In this document: positions 13,977 to 25,348 of the stretch, piece after piece
Layout: each line of letters starts with the position of its first letter
How positions within the stretch are numbered: position 1 is the stretch's first letter
Assembly: GCF_006345805.1 (NCBI RefSeq)
Contig: NC_042997.1
Location: 130,138,001-130,202,000 of the forward strand
Reading direction: 5' to 3'
DNA: 64,000 nucleotides
From: Octopus sinensis
Lineage: Eukaryota
Program-made: the position numbers and the translations under genes
The notes under the pieces: generated by a model
Told to the model about the DNA's origin: nothing
Seen by the model: only the letters and a program-made list of their open reading frames with translations
Database searches by the model: none

Positions 13977-14372
13977 CCTGGTTACTAAGCAACAACAGTA
14001 ACGTGTGCTGGTTGAATTTGTGAAGGGACATTCTCATCTGCTATCATAAATATAGCCATCAAAATAACATTTAGTATAAGTGCTACTTACAGAAGTATTT
14101 GAAACAACATTTAAAAGCTTAATATTTGGGAGGAAATTTTTTACCTTTATCATTGAAATAAGTAAACAACTTCATAAGATATGTCACTAAGAGATCAATG
14201 TAAGTTATCAGAGAAACCTTGCATGAAAATAAAATAAGCCAATATATAACAAATGTGTCTTTATGAATATAGAATTGCCAGGGAATAAAGAATATATGTA
14301 ATAAATACTGTTCTTTTCTGAACATAATCCATTTTAAAAGACAATCCAAAGAGTGATGTTTCTCCCAGTTAA

Positions 14373-14580
14373 CCCTTTATCATTTAAACCAGCCATATCA
14401 GGCCTAAATATTAACCCGTTTTATATTTAAAATGACCAGATCTTGTCTCCCACACCTACTCTACAATGACTTTCCAAAATAAATAACCATATCATTGAAA
14501 TCTTGAAGCTACAAGATTGATTCAAAAGAATATGATTGAATAAGCATTATATTCGACAAAGTATTCTGAATGCTAAAGGG
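14373..14580. mobile_element. piggyBac-type MITE
   Basis: TTAA on both sides; TIRs ccctttatcattta / tgaatgctaaaggg. Confidence 0.85.
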
Positions 14581-15016
14581 TTAAGCTAATGTATATTCTC
14601 CATACTACTAAATATTTCTCTATTTTTTTTGTTTTGCTTTGTGTTTTTTAATATCTAATTTACTATTGTTATTTGATATTTTTACCTTACTAAATTATTT
14701 AATGTATTGATCTAAATGATTTATTGACTTTTGGTAAGCATTTCCTTTAGAAAAATCAATATTGTCCAATAATTCATTGTACTCATAACTAACATGCAAA
14801 ATACATATTCTTTCTAAAGCTTGTAGCATTAGAAAGTTGCTTGAAATCTCAACGCAAGTCAATAATTGTTCAAGACAGCTAACCAAAGTTATTTCAACTG
14901 TTTAGAACTTCATTGTGCCTATTCTCTCATATATGTTTTATTTGAGTTCATTAGATGCAGTGTGTGGCAGTATAATGGTTAAAGAATTCAAATTTAAATC
15001 TAACCATTATTTACAG

Positions 15017-15063
15017 TAGCAGTGAACTTTTTCCAGAACCAGATTGAAAATACAGGTGAAGAG
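15017..15063 (+). CDS. Candidate exon (L)AVNFFQNQIENTGEE, phase 1 to 0
   Basis: Acceptor ttatttacag, donor gtttgt at 15064, then a 107-bp intron with (GTT)n and pyrimidine tract to the next exon, in frame. Confidence 0.55.
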
Positions 15064-15170
15064 GTTTGTGTAAAACAAAATGTAATTCTTGTTCTTGTTT
15101 TTGTTGTTGTTGTTGTTGTTGTTTGTGTTATTTTGCCTGTGTCTGTTAATCTTCTGTTGATTCTCTGTAG

Positions 15171-15225
15171 AGTGACCATTCCTATGTGGACAGAGGTAGT
15201 AGCCCTGAAGACTGGAACATACTCT
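15171..15225 (+). CDS. Candidate exon SDHSYVDRGSSPEDWNIL, phase 0 to 1
   Basis: Strong acceptor ctgttgattctctgtag and donor ct|gtaagt at 15226; in frame with preceding exon. Confidence 0.65.
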
Positions 15226-15535
15226 GTAAGTGGGCTCTTCTCACTTTGGGTCATTTTTAGCCACAACTAAATTTATTTCATTTATCAATCTCTTGTTCTG
15301 AATTTTTAGCTGCTGCTTTATGAGTAAACTGTTGTAGTATAGTACAAGTAGTAGTAGTTATAATAATAATGATGATGATGATAATGATAACTACTAAACA
15401 AAGTTGAACAATGGTACTGTTGTGTAAAGTGTAATATTACTATAGAGTCATTCAATCAGCTGGTTTTCTTAGTACTGCTGAGAGAGTATTTTCAGTGAAT
15501 TAGTTTCTTTACTTCAGCTCTCTTCTATCTTTCCA

Positions 15536-15697
15536 TAGTGATTTTCCATACTCACCTTCTCTTCAGTACTAGTGATTTTCCATACTCACCTTCTCTTCAG
15601 TACCTTCTCTTGACACATTCACTGTCACGCCACATTACACTTAGTAAACACAGTCATGCCACATTACACTTAATAAACAAATTACACTTAGTAAACT
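15536..15697 (+). repeat. Short local tandem duplications
   Basis: tagtgattttccatactcaccttctcttcagtac x2; (gccac)attacactta(g/a)taaac x3. Confidence 0.85.
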
Positions 15698-15762
15698 TCT
15701 GAAATTCCTCCTCACTTCACTAGCTTCCATATTTTTCTCTTATATGACACAACCCTATTCTG

Positions 15763-15999
15763 AAGGCGGCAAGCTGGCAGAAACGTTTGCACGCTAGGCG
15801 AAATGCTTCACGGTATTTCGTCTGTCGTTACATTCTGAGTTCAAATTCCACCGAGGTCGACTTTGCCTTTCATCCTTTCGAGGTCGATAAATTAAGTACC
15901 AGTTACGCACTGGGGTCGATGTCATCGACTTAAGCTCTTTATCTGTCCTTGTTTGTCTCCTCTATGTTTAGCCCCCTGTGGGCAATAAAGAAATAAGGA
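15763..15999 (+). mobile_element. tRNA-derived SINE family A (MetaSINE-like core), full copy with TSD
   Basis: Head aaggcggcaagctggcagaaacg, B-box gagttcaaattcc, core gactttgcctttcatcctttcgaggtcgataaattaagtaccag; 18-bp TSD acaaccctattctgaagg at 15749-15766 and 16000-16017. Confidence 0.9.
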
Positions 16000-17102
16000 A
16001 CAACCCTATTCTGAAGGGGCAAGGCAACATGATGTCAATCTTGTTTCTATTCTGTATCTCTCTAAGATCTCGTACTTTATCATAATCCTTTCTTGGCATG
16101 TCTTCAATCCATCAACCTTTATGTGGTACTAAATTTACTCTAATCCAGCTCCTAGATAATTCTCATTGAGCACTCATTGCTCATCAGACTAGATGATCTA
16201 TTTTTCTCTACTCATCCACTTGTCTCCATGCAATTTGTATTTTCATCTTCTTAGGTTGGCGATTGTGGCAGCTGCTAGTTACATAGTTACCCATCATCAC
16301 CATCTCCATCACAATACACATATCCATCCATAAGCTGCCTGGGTCTTCTTCAGCACAATCTCCTTTGTGAGGTTCAGCTTCCTCAGCTCAGCCTTCACCA
16401 TACTTTCCCATGCTTTCCTCGGTCTCCCTTTTTCACTGGTTCCTTCCTCTTGGATCACTTGCCATCCTCCATATGCATCCCATTACTACTCTAATAGTAA
16501 TTTCATCATTGTAAAGTCATTCAGTGATATAAGCATCTTCTCTGGGTGTCTTGCATAACTTAATAGAATGTCAGGTTAGGTAACACTAACCTCACAATGT
16601 TCATTGCAATAAACATGTTAAGAAAGTATTTTAATACTGGTTCATGGAAATCATGTTTATAGACTATATTAAGACATATCATTTACTATATAAATCACTA
16701 AACTGACTATGGTTGGAGTATAGCATTACTCCCTGATTATTTTATAATTGCTGATGTGACCACAACTTCATTACACTACCAACACCAACTTGACCACACT
16801 AGCATTGCTAACTTGACTATAATAACAAGGAACACATCATGTCACTGAAATTATAAAAAACCAAGTCGTTAAAATTCTCTATATTGTTACTCGAAATGAT
16901 TTGATGATCTGGGTGTTGTATTGTCATCATTTATGGTGAGCAAGCTGAAATGAGGTACTGATGAGTTGTAATCAGTCAACTTGTTTGATTCCCAGTTCAA
17001 GCAATCTGACTTCATTTACACTGCAAACATACTTCAAAAATGTATGAATGTCACAACATCCTGTTTTTACCACATTGATCTCTATATCTTTGTAACTTGT
17101 TT

Positions 17103-17320
17103 GACCCTTTAGCATTCAGATTTCTTTGACAAATGTATTGCTTATTTATTCATACTGTTTTGAATTAATCACACATTATCTGGTAGCTTAAAGATTTCAA
17201 TGGTGTGTTTGTATATTTTCAGAATGACATTGTAGTGTAGGTGTGAGAAGCTGGATTTGGTTAATTTTAACATATTTGTGCTAGATATGGCTGGGTTAAA
17301 TAATGCTAAAGGATTATAAG
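17103..17320. mobile_element. Decayed opposite-orientation copy of the piggyBac-type MITE
   Basis: ccctttagcattcag...aatgctaaagga; internal blocks match the reverse complement of 14373-14580. Confidence 0.65.
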
Positions 17321-18221
17321 GAACCTACTAGCATGTGGGAGTCTAATGAAATGCCACAGTAAGAATAAATTGATGGAACTAAAACAGGTGCTTTTCCTTC
17401 CTTTAGAGAGATAATGTATTTTCACACTGACAGAAAAATTTAAGCTTTAAGGGAGGAGCACCGCCAATTATATTACTCTTGATATTTGACTGATTCCTCT
17501 TCTTATAATATCAGTCAGGAAGTACCCATGACTTTTCCTGGACCTCCAAAACTAGTGAGAGTGATATAGTAATGTTCAGTTTGGAGCTGATGTTCTTGGG
17601 AGGAAGGATTTGGTGTAGTTGTTACTGTGGGGCTCTAGTACAGAACCCCACAATAACCAGTGCAGAGACACAGAATGAGTGATGAAAAGAGGAGTGTGCC
17701 AATTGGAGGTAGTATGCAAGTAGCTAGTGCTTCATTGTAGCAATTGTTGTTGTAAGCATGGAAGAAGAAGAGTGAAGACTAGAATACATGTGGAACAGAA
17801 GCTGTAATGTGTTGGAGAGTGAGTCTTTAGCAATGAATCTTATTTCTTTATTGCCCACAAGGGGCTAAACATAGAGGGGACAAACAAGGACAGACAAAGG
17901 TATTAAGTCGACTACATCAACCCCAGTGTGTAACTGGTACTTAATTTATCGACCCCGAAAGGATGAAAGGCAAAGTCGACCTCAGCGGAATTTGAACTCT
18001 GAACGTAAAGACATACGAAATAGCGCTTGACATTTTGCTCGGCGTGCTAACGTTTCTGCCAGCTGAATCTAATAGCATCCTTTTGGATATAGTCTAGCAT
18101 GTTTTTGTGTTTAGCAGCAGCACCATTAGAAATACAGGAACAATATTCCTTCATGGATCTTACTTCAGATCTATAGAGCGTCATTGTTTATAGCTAAAAG
18201 TATTTTTTGGCTCTGTGAAGG

Positions 18222-18535
18222 TACATAGCTAAGTGGTTGGGGTATTCAACTCGGGATTGTAAGGTCATGAGTTTGATAGCTGGTGAAGTGATGCGTCCTT
18301 AAGCAAGACACTTTATTTCACATTGCTCCAGTCCACTCAGTTGGCAAAAATGGGTTGTACTTGTAATTCAAATGGACAGCTTTGTCATCTGTGTCATGCT
18401 TGAATCTCCCTGAGAATTATGTTAAGGGTACACGTGTCTGTGGAGTGCTCAGCCAGTTGCATGTTCATTCTATGTGTGAGCGGTTCTGTTGTTTGGTTCA
18501 ACTGGAACCCTTGTCATCGTAACTGACAGACTGCC
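18222..18535 (+). mobile_element. tRNA-derived SINE family D (others: 8495-8625 +, 39020-39318 -)
   Basis: Head ...gtggtt...aaggtcatgagtt...; shared body agcaagacactttatttcacattgctccagtccactc. Confidence 0.75.
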
Positions 18536-19149
18536 AGTTTTATTTTCTGGCTCTGAAGAGGAAGAAAGTGGTTAGTGTTCAGGACATCATTTTTACTATG
18601 GGGATACAAGACAGGGAGGTCATCAGTGATTGTCAAATTTAGATATTAGGGCTACTTATTAGACCCAGAAGGATGAAAGGCAAAATAAACAGCAGTAGGA
18701 ACTGAACTTGGAAAGTAAAGAGGTAAAACTAAGCACTGCAAGGTGAAAATTTTATTCATTCTGCCTTCCATCAGCCTCTTTTTAACAGAAAATAAGGAAA
18801 ATAAAAGGTTTTATTCATCCTCAGCTTCTTAGAATGAACAGATCTTGTTTGTTCTTTCATAGTTTAACAAGTGTGAAATAAACTCAAAAAAGTAAAAAAA
18901 CCAAATATTTCCTACAAAGAAATTTCACATAACACTGTTCTAAACAGCACCATTGTTCATGCATTGCTGCAGCTTCTCTCAAACATTACCTTCATAATAA
19001 CCTGTTATCGTTATCACTAACACCTTACATATTTCTTTACATACTTCTTCACATATTTCTTTTCTTTTCATTTTATTGCCATGTCTTGCCTCTATTTTTA
19101 TTTAACACCTTGAAATTTATACAACAATTTCTCTGACTTCTGTATATAA

Positions 19150-19158
19150 TACACACAT

Positions 19159-19210
<52 letters not shown>
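19150..19210. repeat. Microsatellites: (CA)n here; (TA)n at ~6210, 19680, 23225, 23760, 24630, 24880, 28550, 49310, 50855, 61775; (AAT)n 34695; (CT)n 56746; (CCA)n 62942
   Basis: Directly visible. Confidence 0.95.
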
Positions 19211-19213
<3 letters not shown>

Positions 19214-19692
19214 CAAGTATACACATATTAATGCATGCACACATACAAACATACATATGCGTGCATGCACACATATATCATCTTGCCTTTTTACTAGTTC
19301 CACTCGTGATGGTCATATATAATAGAAACACATCACCAGGCACTCACTACTCCTATATATAGGAGTACTGAGTGCCTGATTCCCTGTTTATATTATACAG
19401 TGTCTATGTAGATTGAGTTACCTTTGGTCTCAGCTTGATGATGATGATGAGATGTGGATGATGCGCACATACACACACACACACCCATATATATGTGTGT
19501 GTATGTGTGTGAGACAGGCTTCTTCCATTTCCATCTACCAAATCCACTCACAAGATTTTGGTTGGCCTGGGTCATAGTAGAAGACATTTGCCCAAGGTGC
19601 CACATAGTGAGACTGAATCCAGAACCATGTGGTTGGGAAACAAACTTCTTACCATATTGCCATGCTTGTACTTGTTTATATATATATGTATG

Positions 19693-19740
<48 letters not shown>

Positions 19741-19862
19741 TCAAGTAGGTACTGTAAATTTAGGGTGAATACTTGATAAGTGTAAGCACCTGTATATGCC
19801 AGATAGTGGCCGAGGTGAGAAGGAATATATCAAATAAAATCAAAAACTGAGCACAAAGGATA

Positions 19863-19957
19863 TTGCAGTACACGTGTTTCAAGCTTTATAAACGACCCAT
19901 TCTTACATCTGTGTATAATTGATATAAAAGATGGTTTAAAGCTCTCTTCAGCCACAA
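19863..19957 (-). ncRNA. Minimal type I hammerhead ribozyme motif (inverted copy), core intact
   Basis: Reverse complement reads TTGTGG CTGAAGA GAGCTTTA...TAAAGCTT GAAA CACGT GTA CTGCAA; stem I has two G-U pairs. Confidence 0.75.
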
Positions 19958-20667
19958 ACATTGTTATTCCAAAGAGTTACATCACACTATAAATAATATG
20001 AAAAGTTCATGTAGTATTACTCATTATAATAGGTATATCATATCTCCCTGAGAAAGTCTATTTGTAAAATTTCGTAACTGTATAAAGATTCATTGAATTT
20101 CGAAAATCTCCCCATACTGTATCACCAATCAGCATAGAGTGAATGTTAAATAGACTGGAAAGTGTTTGTATTCACTTCTCTTATAAAGATAGGAAGGAAA
20201 GTAGAAAGAAAAACGATAGCGGAAAAGAAAAAAGAAAAGAAAATAGAGAGAAAAAGAGAGGAGAGAAAATAGGGAGAAAGAAATTGACGTTAAAAAATAA
20301 AAAAGCTCTTCTTTTTCTCTCTATTTTTCTCTTTTTTCTCTCCTCTCTTTTTCTCTCTATTTTCTTTTCTTTTTTTTATTTCCTTTTTTCTTTCCTTCTA
20401 TCTTTTTTCTTTCTATTTTCCTTCCTATCTTTACAAGAGAAGTGAATACAAACACATTCCAATCTATTTAACATTCACTCTATGCTGATTGGTGATACAG
20501 TATGGGCAGATTTTCGAAATCCAATGAATCTTTATACAGTTATACAGTTAGGAAATTTTACAAATAGACTTTCTCAGGGAGATATGATATACCTATTATA
20601 ATGAGTAATACTACATGAACTTTTCATATTATTTATAGTGTGATGTAACTCTTTGGAATAACAATGT

Positions 20668-20762
20668 TTGCGGCTGAAGAGAGCTTTAAACCATCTTTTA
20701 TATCAATTATACACTGATGTAAGAATGAGTCGTTTATAAAGCTTGAAACACGTGTACCGCAA
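20668..20762 (+). ncRNA. Minimal type I hammerhead ribozyme motif, core intact, GUA cleavage site
   Basis: Stem I TTGCGG/CCGCAA; CTGAAGA at 20674-20680; stem II GAGCTTTA/TAAAGCTT with long insert; GAAA at 20745-20748; palindromic ACACGTGT stem III; predicted cleavage after A20756. Confidence 0.8.
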
Positions 20763-20796
20763 TATCCTTTGTGTTCTGTTTTTGATTTTATGTGTG

Positions 20797-20827
<31 letters not shown>

Positions 20828-20836
20828 GTATATATA

Positions 20837-20991
20837 AGGAAGTTAAATGTTATGGCCAGTCATAGAGTGACCATTGGTTTCACATCTGTAAGTGACTCAT
20901 CAGACTCAAATGGCCATTTGAGTCTCACAAGTTGCTTGTAGACTCAAAACCAATGGTCACTCTATGATTGGCCAATAACATTTAACTTCCT
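20837..20991. repeat. ~155-bp imperfect palindrome
   Basis: Outer arms aggaagttaaatgttat..ggcca..tcatagagtgaccattggttt and its reverse complement; perfect core agactcaaatggccatttgagtct at 20902-20925. Confidence 0.9.
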
Positions 20992-21016
20992 AAAAAATAT
21001 ATGACTGCTCTTAGAG

Positions 21017-21291
21017 CAGTGGTTCCCAGAGTGAGTGGTATTGTCCCCCTGGTTGTAATGGAAAGTTCCAAGGGAGCATCGAAGAAAAGTGAGGCAATAA
21101 TGGGATAACGATTCGTGTAAAATCAACAAAATAATGGGTTCATTAGGTTAAGTTTTATTTGTGAAATACAGTTGCTTTGAATGTGCTTCAGAAAGTGCTC
21201 TATGTTTGTGATGGTTAGTTGGGGTGGAGGCGCTAGGAATATGGCCTGGGTGTCAAGTGGGCAGCAGCCTGAAAAAGTTCAGGAACCACTG
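21017..21291. mobile_element. hAT-type MITE
   Basis: TIRs CAGTGGTTCC / GGAACCACTG; flanks tcttagag and ctttagag form an imperfect 8-bp TSD. Confidence 0.8.
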
Positions 21292-21344
21292 CTTTAGAGT
21301 GTGCTTCTTTTTCAGATATATGAACTACTGATGATATACACAGT

Positions 21345-22360
21345 CATGCGGTATTGGCATCAGCCACGTTTGGATGGTGCTTTTTACATGCCACCAACAC
21401 AGGAGCCAGTCAGGGCGACAGGGCTGGCATCAGTCATGTTCAGATAGTGCCTTTATGTGTCACTGGCACAAGACCCAGTCAGGTGGCACTGGCAATGACC
21501 CACACATGAATGGTACTTATTGCATGCCACCAGCATGGGAGTCAGTCAGGTGGCACTAACATTGGCCACAACTACAATTTCCGTCTGATTTTGATTTACT
21601 TGACTTAATAGGTTTCCTCAAGCACAGCATGTCACCCGACAATCCAAAGGTACTTTTCTAAGTGGGCTGGTTATGCGACACTGGTGTAGGCTACGGCTGT
21701 GATCTCACTTTACTAGCTGGGTCTTCTCAGTCACAGCATATCTCCAGAGGTCTCAGTCTTTCGTCATTGCCTCTGTGAGGCCCAAAGTTCAAAGTTCATG
21801 CTTCACCACCTCATCCCATGGGTTTCTTCCACTGTTAGGGTGTGACACTTCATCACACAACTCTCCTCATCCATACACAGCACATGACCATACCAGCGCT
21901 GTCATCTCTCTTGCACACCACATCTGTTACTTCTTATGTCTAACCTTTCTCTCAAGGTGCTTACACTCTGTTGTGTCTGCACACTGACATTACACATCCA
22001 GCAGATCATACTAGCTTCATTTCTTTCAAGCCTATGTGTGTCCTCAACAGTCATGGCCTATGTTTCACTGCTGTGTAGCATGGCTGTTTGAACACATGCA
22101 TCATACATTCTACCTTTCACTCTGAGTGAGAGGCCCTTGCTACCAGCAGAGATAGGAGCTTTCTGAACTTTGCCCAAGCTATTCTTATTCTAGTAGCAAT
22201 GCTCTCAGAGCATCCACCCACACTACAGATTTGGTCACCCAGGTAGCAGAAGCTATCAACTACTTCTAGTTTTTCCCTCTAGCATGTGATGGAATCTGTT
22301 TTCTCTACATCTTCGGTGTTTATTGCTCCTGTAATAAACAGAAAAACTATCTTCTCAGTT
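21345..22360 (-). mobile_element. RTE LINE 3' fragment (same family as 11105-13976)
   Basis: Reverse complement aligns by eye to ~12870-13800 (ORF2 C-terminus and 3' UTR). Confidence 0.85.
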
Positions 22361-22869
22361 AACCTTCCTTTGGTATTGCTATATGTGTCCATACGTATAT
22401 TGTGTGTGTGTGTTTGTGTATGTTACTGTCTATATTTGTTCCATCCCCCCTGCCCCCATGCCTACCACCACTTGATAACCAGTATCAGTGTGTTTAATGT
22501 CCCTGTAACTAAATAGTTCAGCTGAAAGAGACTGATAGAATAAGTATTAAGCTTAAAAAAATAAGCTCTGGGGTCAATTTGTTCAGCTAAAACCCTTCAA
22601 GGCAGTGCCCCAGCATGGCCACAGTCAAGTAAATAAAAGATTAAAAAAATGTGTCAGTGGCTTGTTTATAATTTATAGTATTCGTCACACTTGTACACTG
22701 TAGTAATATCAGTCCAAACAGGATATGAAATCAAATCACTTGCCAAACAAATATGCATTCACACACACGCACTAATCCACACAGACATAAACTCACATTT
22801 ATGCATACACACATTTCTTTCTTTCTTCCTTCCTTCCTTCCTTCCTTTGTTGTATATATGTGGAAGGTG

Positions 22870-23200
22870 ACTTCATTTGACACACTATATTGAAACCGAG
22901 ACTATTATATCTAGGAAGTAAGATGACTGCTATTTCAAGTAGTCTATCAATTTCATTTTCTTTTGGAATGAGATAGTGTACCACCCCATTCTGCTGCTTG
23001 TGCAACTTTCAGTGCCAAAGTTTTTTTACAAGGCCTTCCAGGATTTTCCAGTTGTATATCACTGCATATCTTTCCAGCCTTTGTTCTCGGGAGAAGAGTT
23101 TTAATTCTTTCAGTCTTTCCCAGTAGCTAATATGTTGCTCGTGTAGCTTTGTTAGATTGCTTCAAGTTATGCCATTCATTTTATATTGTATAGTGACCTT
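22870..23200 (-). mobile_element. CR1-like LINE ORF2 C-terminal remnant
   Basis: Minus strand reads SYWERLKELKLFSREQRLERYAVIYNWKILEGLV, the CR1-group post-RT motif. Confidence 0.75.
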
Positions 23201-23771
23201 AGTTGGCAACAGTAGTCCTAGCGGCTATATATATATATATATATATATATATAACTAGCACTTCAGTAAGACATCTGTTCTTCTCCCTCTATCATAGTGT
23301 CTTTCTCCAGTCTATACCATCACATGCTAAGGGGAAAAATTTATAATTATGTTTGTAGTAATAATTAATAGTATTAATCATAATAAAGTGCTAGTCAGTT
23401 AAATGTAATTTTATTAATTTACTAGTAGGTGGTTAAGCCCTGCCACCTGTTGTCCGAAGTGAGATAGGCCAAGGTCCAACGTTCAATGTAATTGGTCAGT
23501 TGAAATTAATTGCATTGAATTAATAAATAATGAATGATGTAAGTCAATTGTTGTTCATCAGTACTTCTCCACTTTCTGTTTTCTTTAGATTTTGATTCTT
23601 GATAAACCCATGTTTATCCTTATCTTTACCTGTAATTTAGGAGCATAATATGTTTGCATATGTATGTCCATATGCTTAGCATAGGTAATATACCGTAGTG
23701 TAATGGATACAACTATCCCTTAGATGGTTATTTTAACCTCTAACTCAACTAACCTTTGATATATATGTATG

Positions 23772-23814
<43 letters not shown>

Positions 23815-24643
23815 TATACACACACACTTTTCCATGCTTACATGTATCAGGTAGATTTTCTTTGGCTGGATGCTCTTTCTGTTGCCAAACTTCACCTGTT
23901 TCCATGTAGGGTAATATTTCACCATATCCAGACATGATTTCTTGGAAGATTAGAAACAAAATACGCCCTTGCATGACATTGACAGCTATTTTGTGATGTC
24001 AAGTCAAGGACTCAGTAAACACACACAATGAATGAGAGAAAATGGACTGAATGACTTTCTTTATTTCAAATCGCTACAATTGTTTCCACACATTGTTTCA
24101 CCTATTCTACCTGAGGAGATGATTTAATTAACCTATCATATAATAACTATCACCCATTGTTTTAAATAATTCCTTTGTTAGGTCAGACTGACATTTCACT
24201 CAGTATGAATAAGAATCCCCAAAGTAGTGAGGTATTTTTGTCAATTTTCACACAGAACTAAACCCATAGATATAGTGACACACAAACCACAATTATAATC
24301 AAAAAATAACTATGTCAAGTTAATTATAGATTATATTACTATCTTCGTGGTCAGATTATAAGGAAGAAAAAAAGAGTAAAATAAGATAATAATGTAATAA
24401 AGTGATAAATACTGACCATTTCTGTATTTATCAACTGTTTATTAGAAAAGCATCTAAGCTACCCTCTGTCTCTTACAACAAAACATGACTCCATTATGAA
24501 GTTAATTTATGACTGTCTCACTTTTATATCCTGTTTTGAAACAATTAGAAAAGTAAGTTACTCAGCAAACTCTCCCCTGCATACATATTCTTTCATATAC
24601 CCACATACAAGGTAGTAGTGTATTTAGTTTTATATATATATAT

Positions 24644-24809
24644 ATATATATTTTCATTTAGAGATAGTAGGCTCCTTCATCTCACCATATAAAAAAGAAT
24701 TTTTATTTTAAATACCTACTCCTTTATAAAGGAGTAGGTATTTAAAATAAAAAGTCTTTTTTATATGGTGAGAGGAAGGGGCCTACTATCTCTAAATGAA
24801 AATATATAT
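24644..24809. repeat. 166-bp near-perfect palindrome
   Basis: Three mismatches by eye; centre tactcct-ttataa-aggagta. Confidence 0.95.
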
Positions 24810-24975
24810 TTCTTCATTGAGAATAATTTGAACCCCTGTTAAGCCGGAATTTTTATTCCCTAACAAATAAAATTATATATATATATATATATACCCACAT
24901 ACAGGGTAGTGTATTTAGTTTTATGTATGTATATATATATATATATATATACACCTACACACAGGGTAGTGTATT

Positions 24976-25020
<45 letters not shown>

Positions 25021-25348
25021 TTTATTTATATACCTCACATCTCTTTCTTCTCTCTGACTTTATCTCTCTCACTTTCCAGGCAATGAATTCACCACTTCAG
25101 TAAGACATCTGTTCTTCTCCCTCTATCATAGTGTCTTTCTCCAGTCTATACCCCACTCAGTCGAGGGGTCTTATTTTGCAGGTACTCTGCAACCTCACCT
25201 GTACTGGTGTGTCATGTAAAAAGTGCCCAATACACTCTGTTAGGTGACTGGCATTAGGAAGGGCATCCAGCTGTAGCAACTATGCCAAAGCAGACTTAGA
25301 ACCTGGCAGAGCCCTCTGGCTCGTTTGTTCTTGTTGAACTGTTTAACC

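Larger units (their letters stand above)
19834..20791. mobile_element. ~960-bp fold-back element with a hammerhead in each arm (probable non-autonomous Penelope-like element)
   Basis: Left arm 19834-~20280 is the reverse complement of right arm ~20310-20791; purine/pyrimidine tracts flank the centre; (TA)n tracts lie on both sides. Confidence 0.85.

Noticed and set aside
14119-14886. Protein-like minus-strand frames (VSLITYIDLLVTYLMKLF; LEQLLTCVEISSNF)
   Set aside because: No consistent splice chain or recognisable homology; may be chance in AT-rich DNA
16955-16990. CTGATGA-GTTG...CAAC hairpin
   Set aside because: No GAAA follows stem II; chance match
22799-23005. ORF HYLIPKENEIDRLLEIAV as a host gene
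   Set aside because: Overlaps the CR1-like remnant in another frame
24065-24115. Minus-strand GAAACAATTGTAGCGA, the 3' half of a hammerhead
   Set aside because: No matching CTGANGA core with stem I partner found upstream
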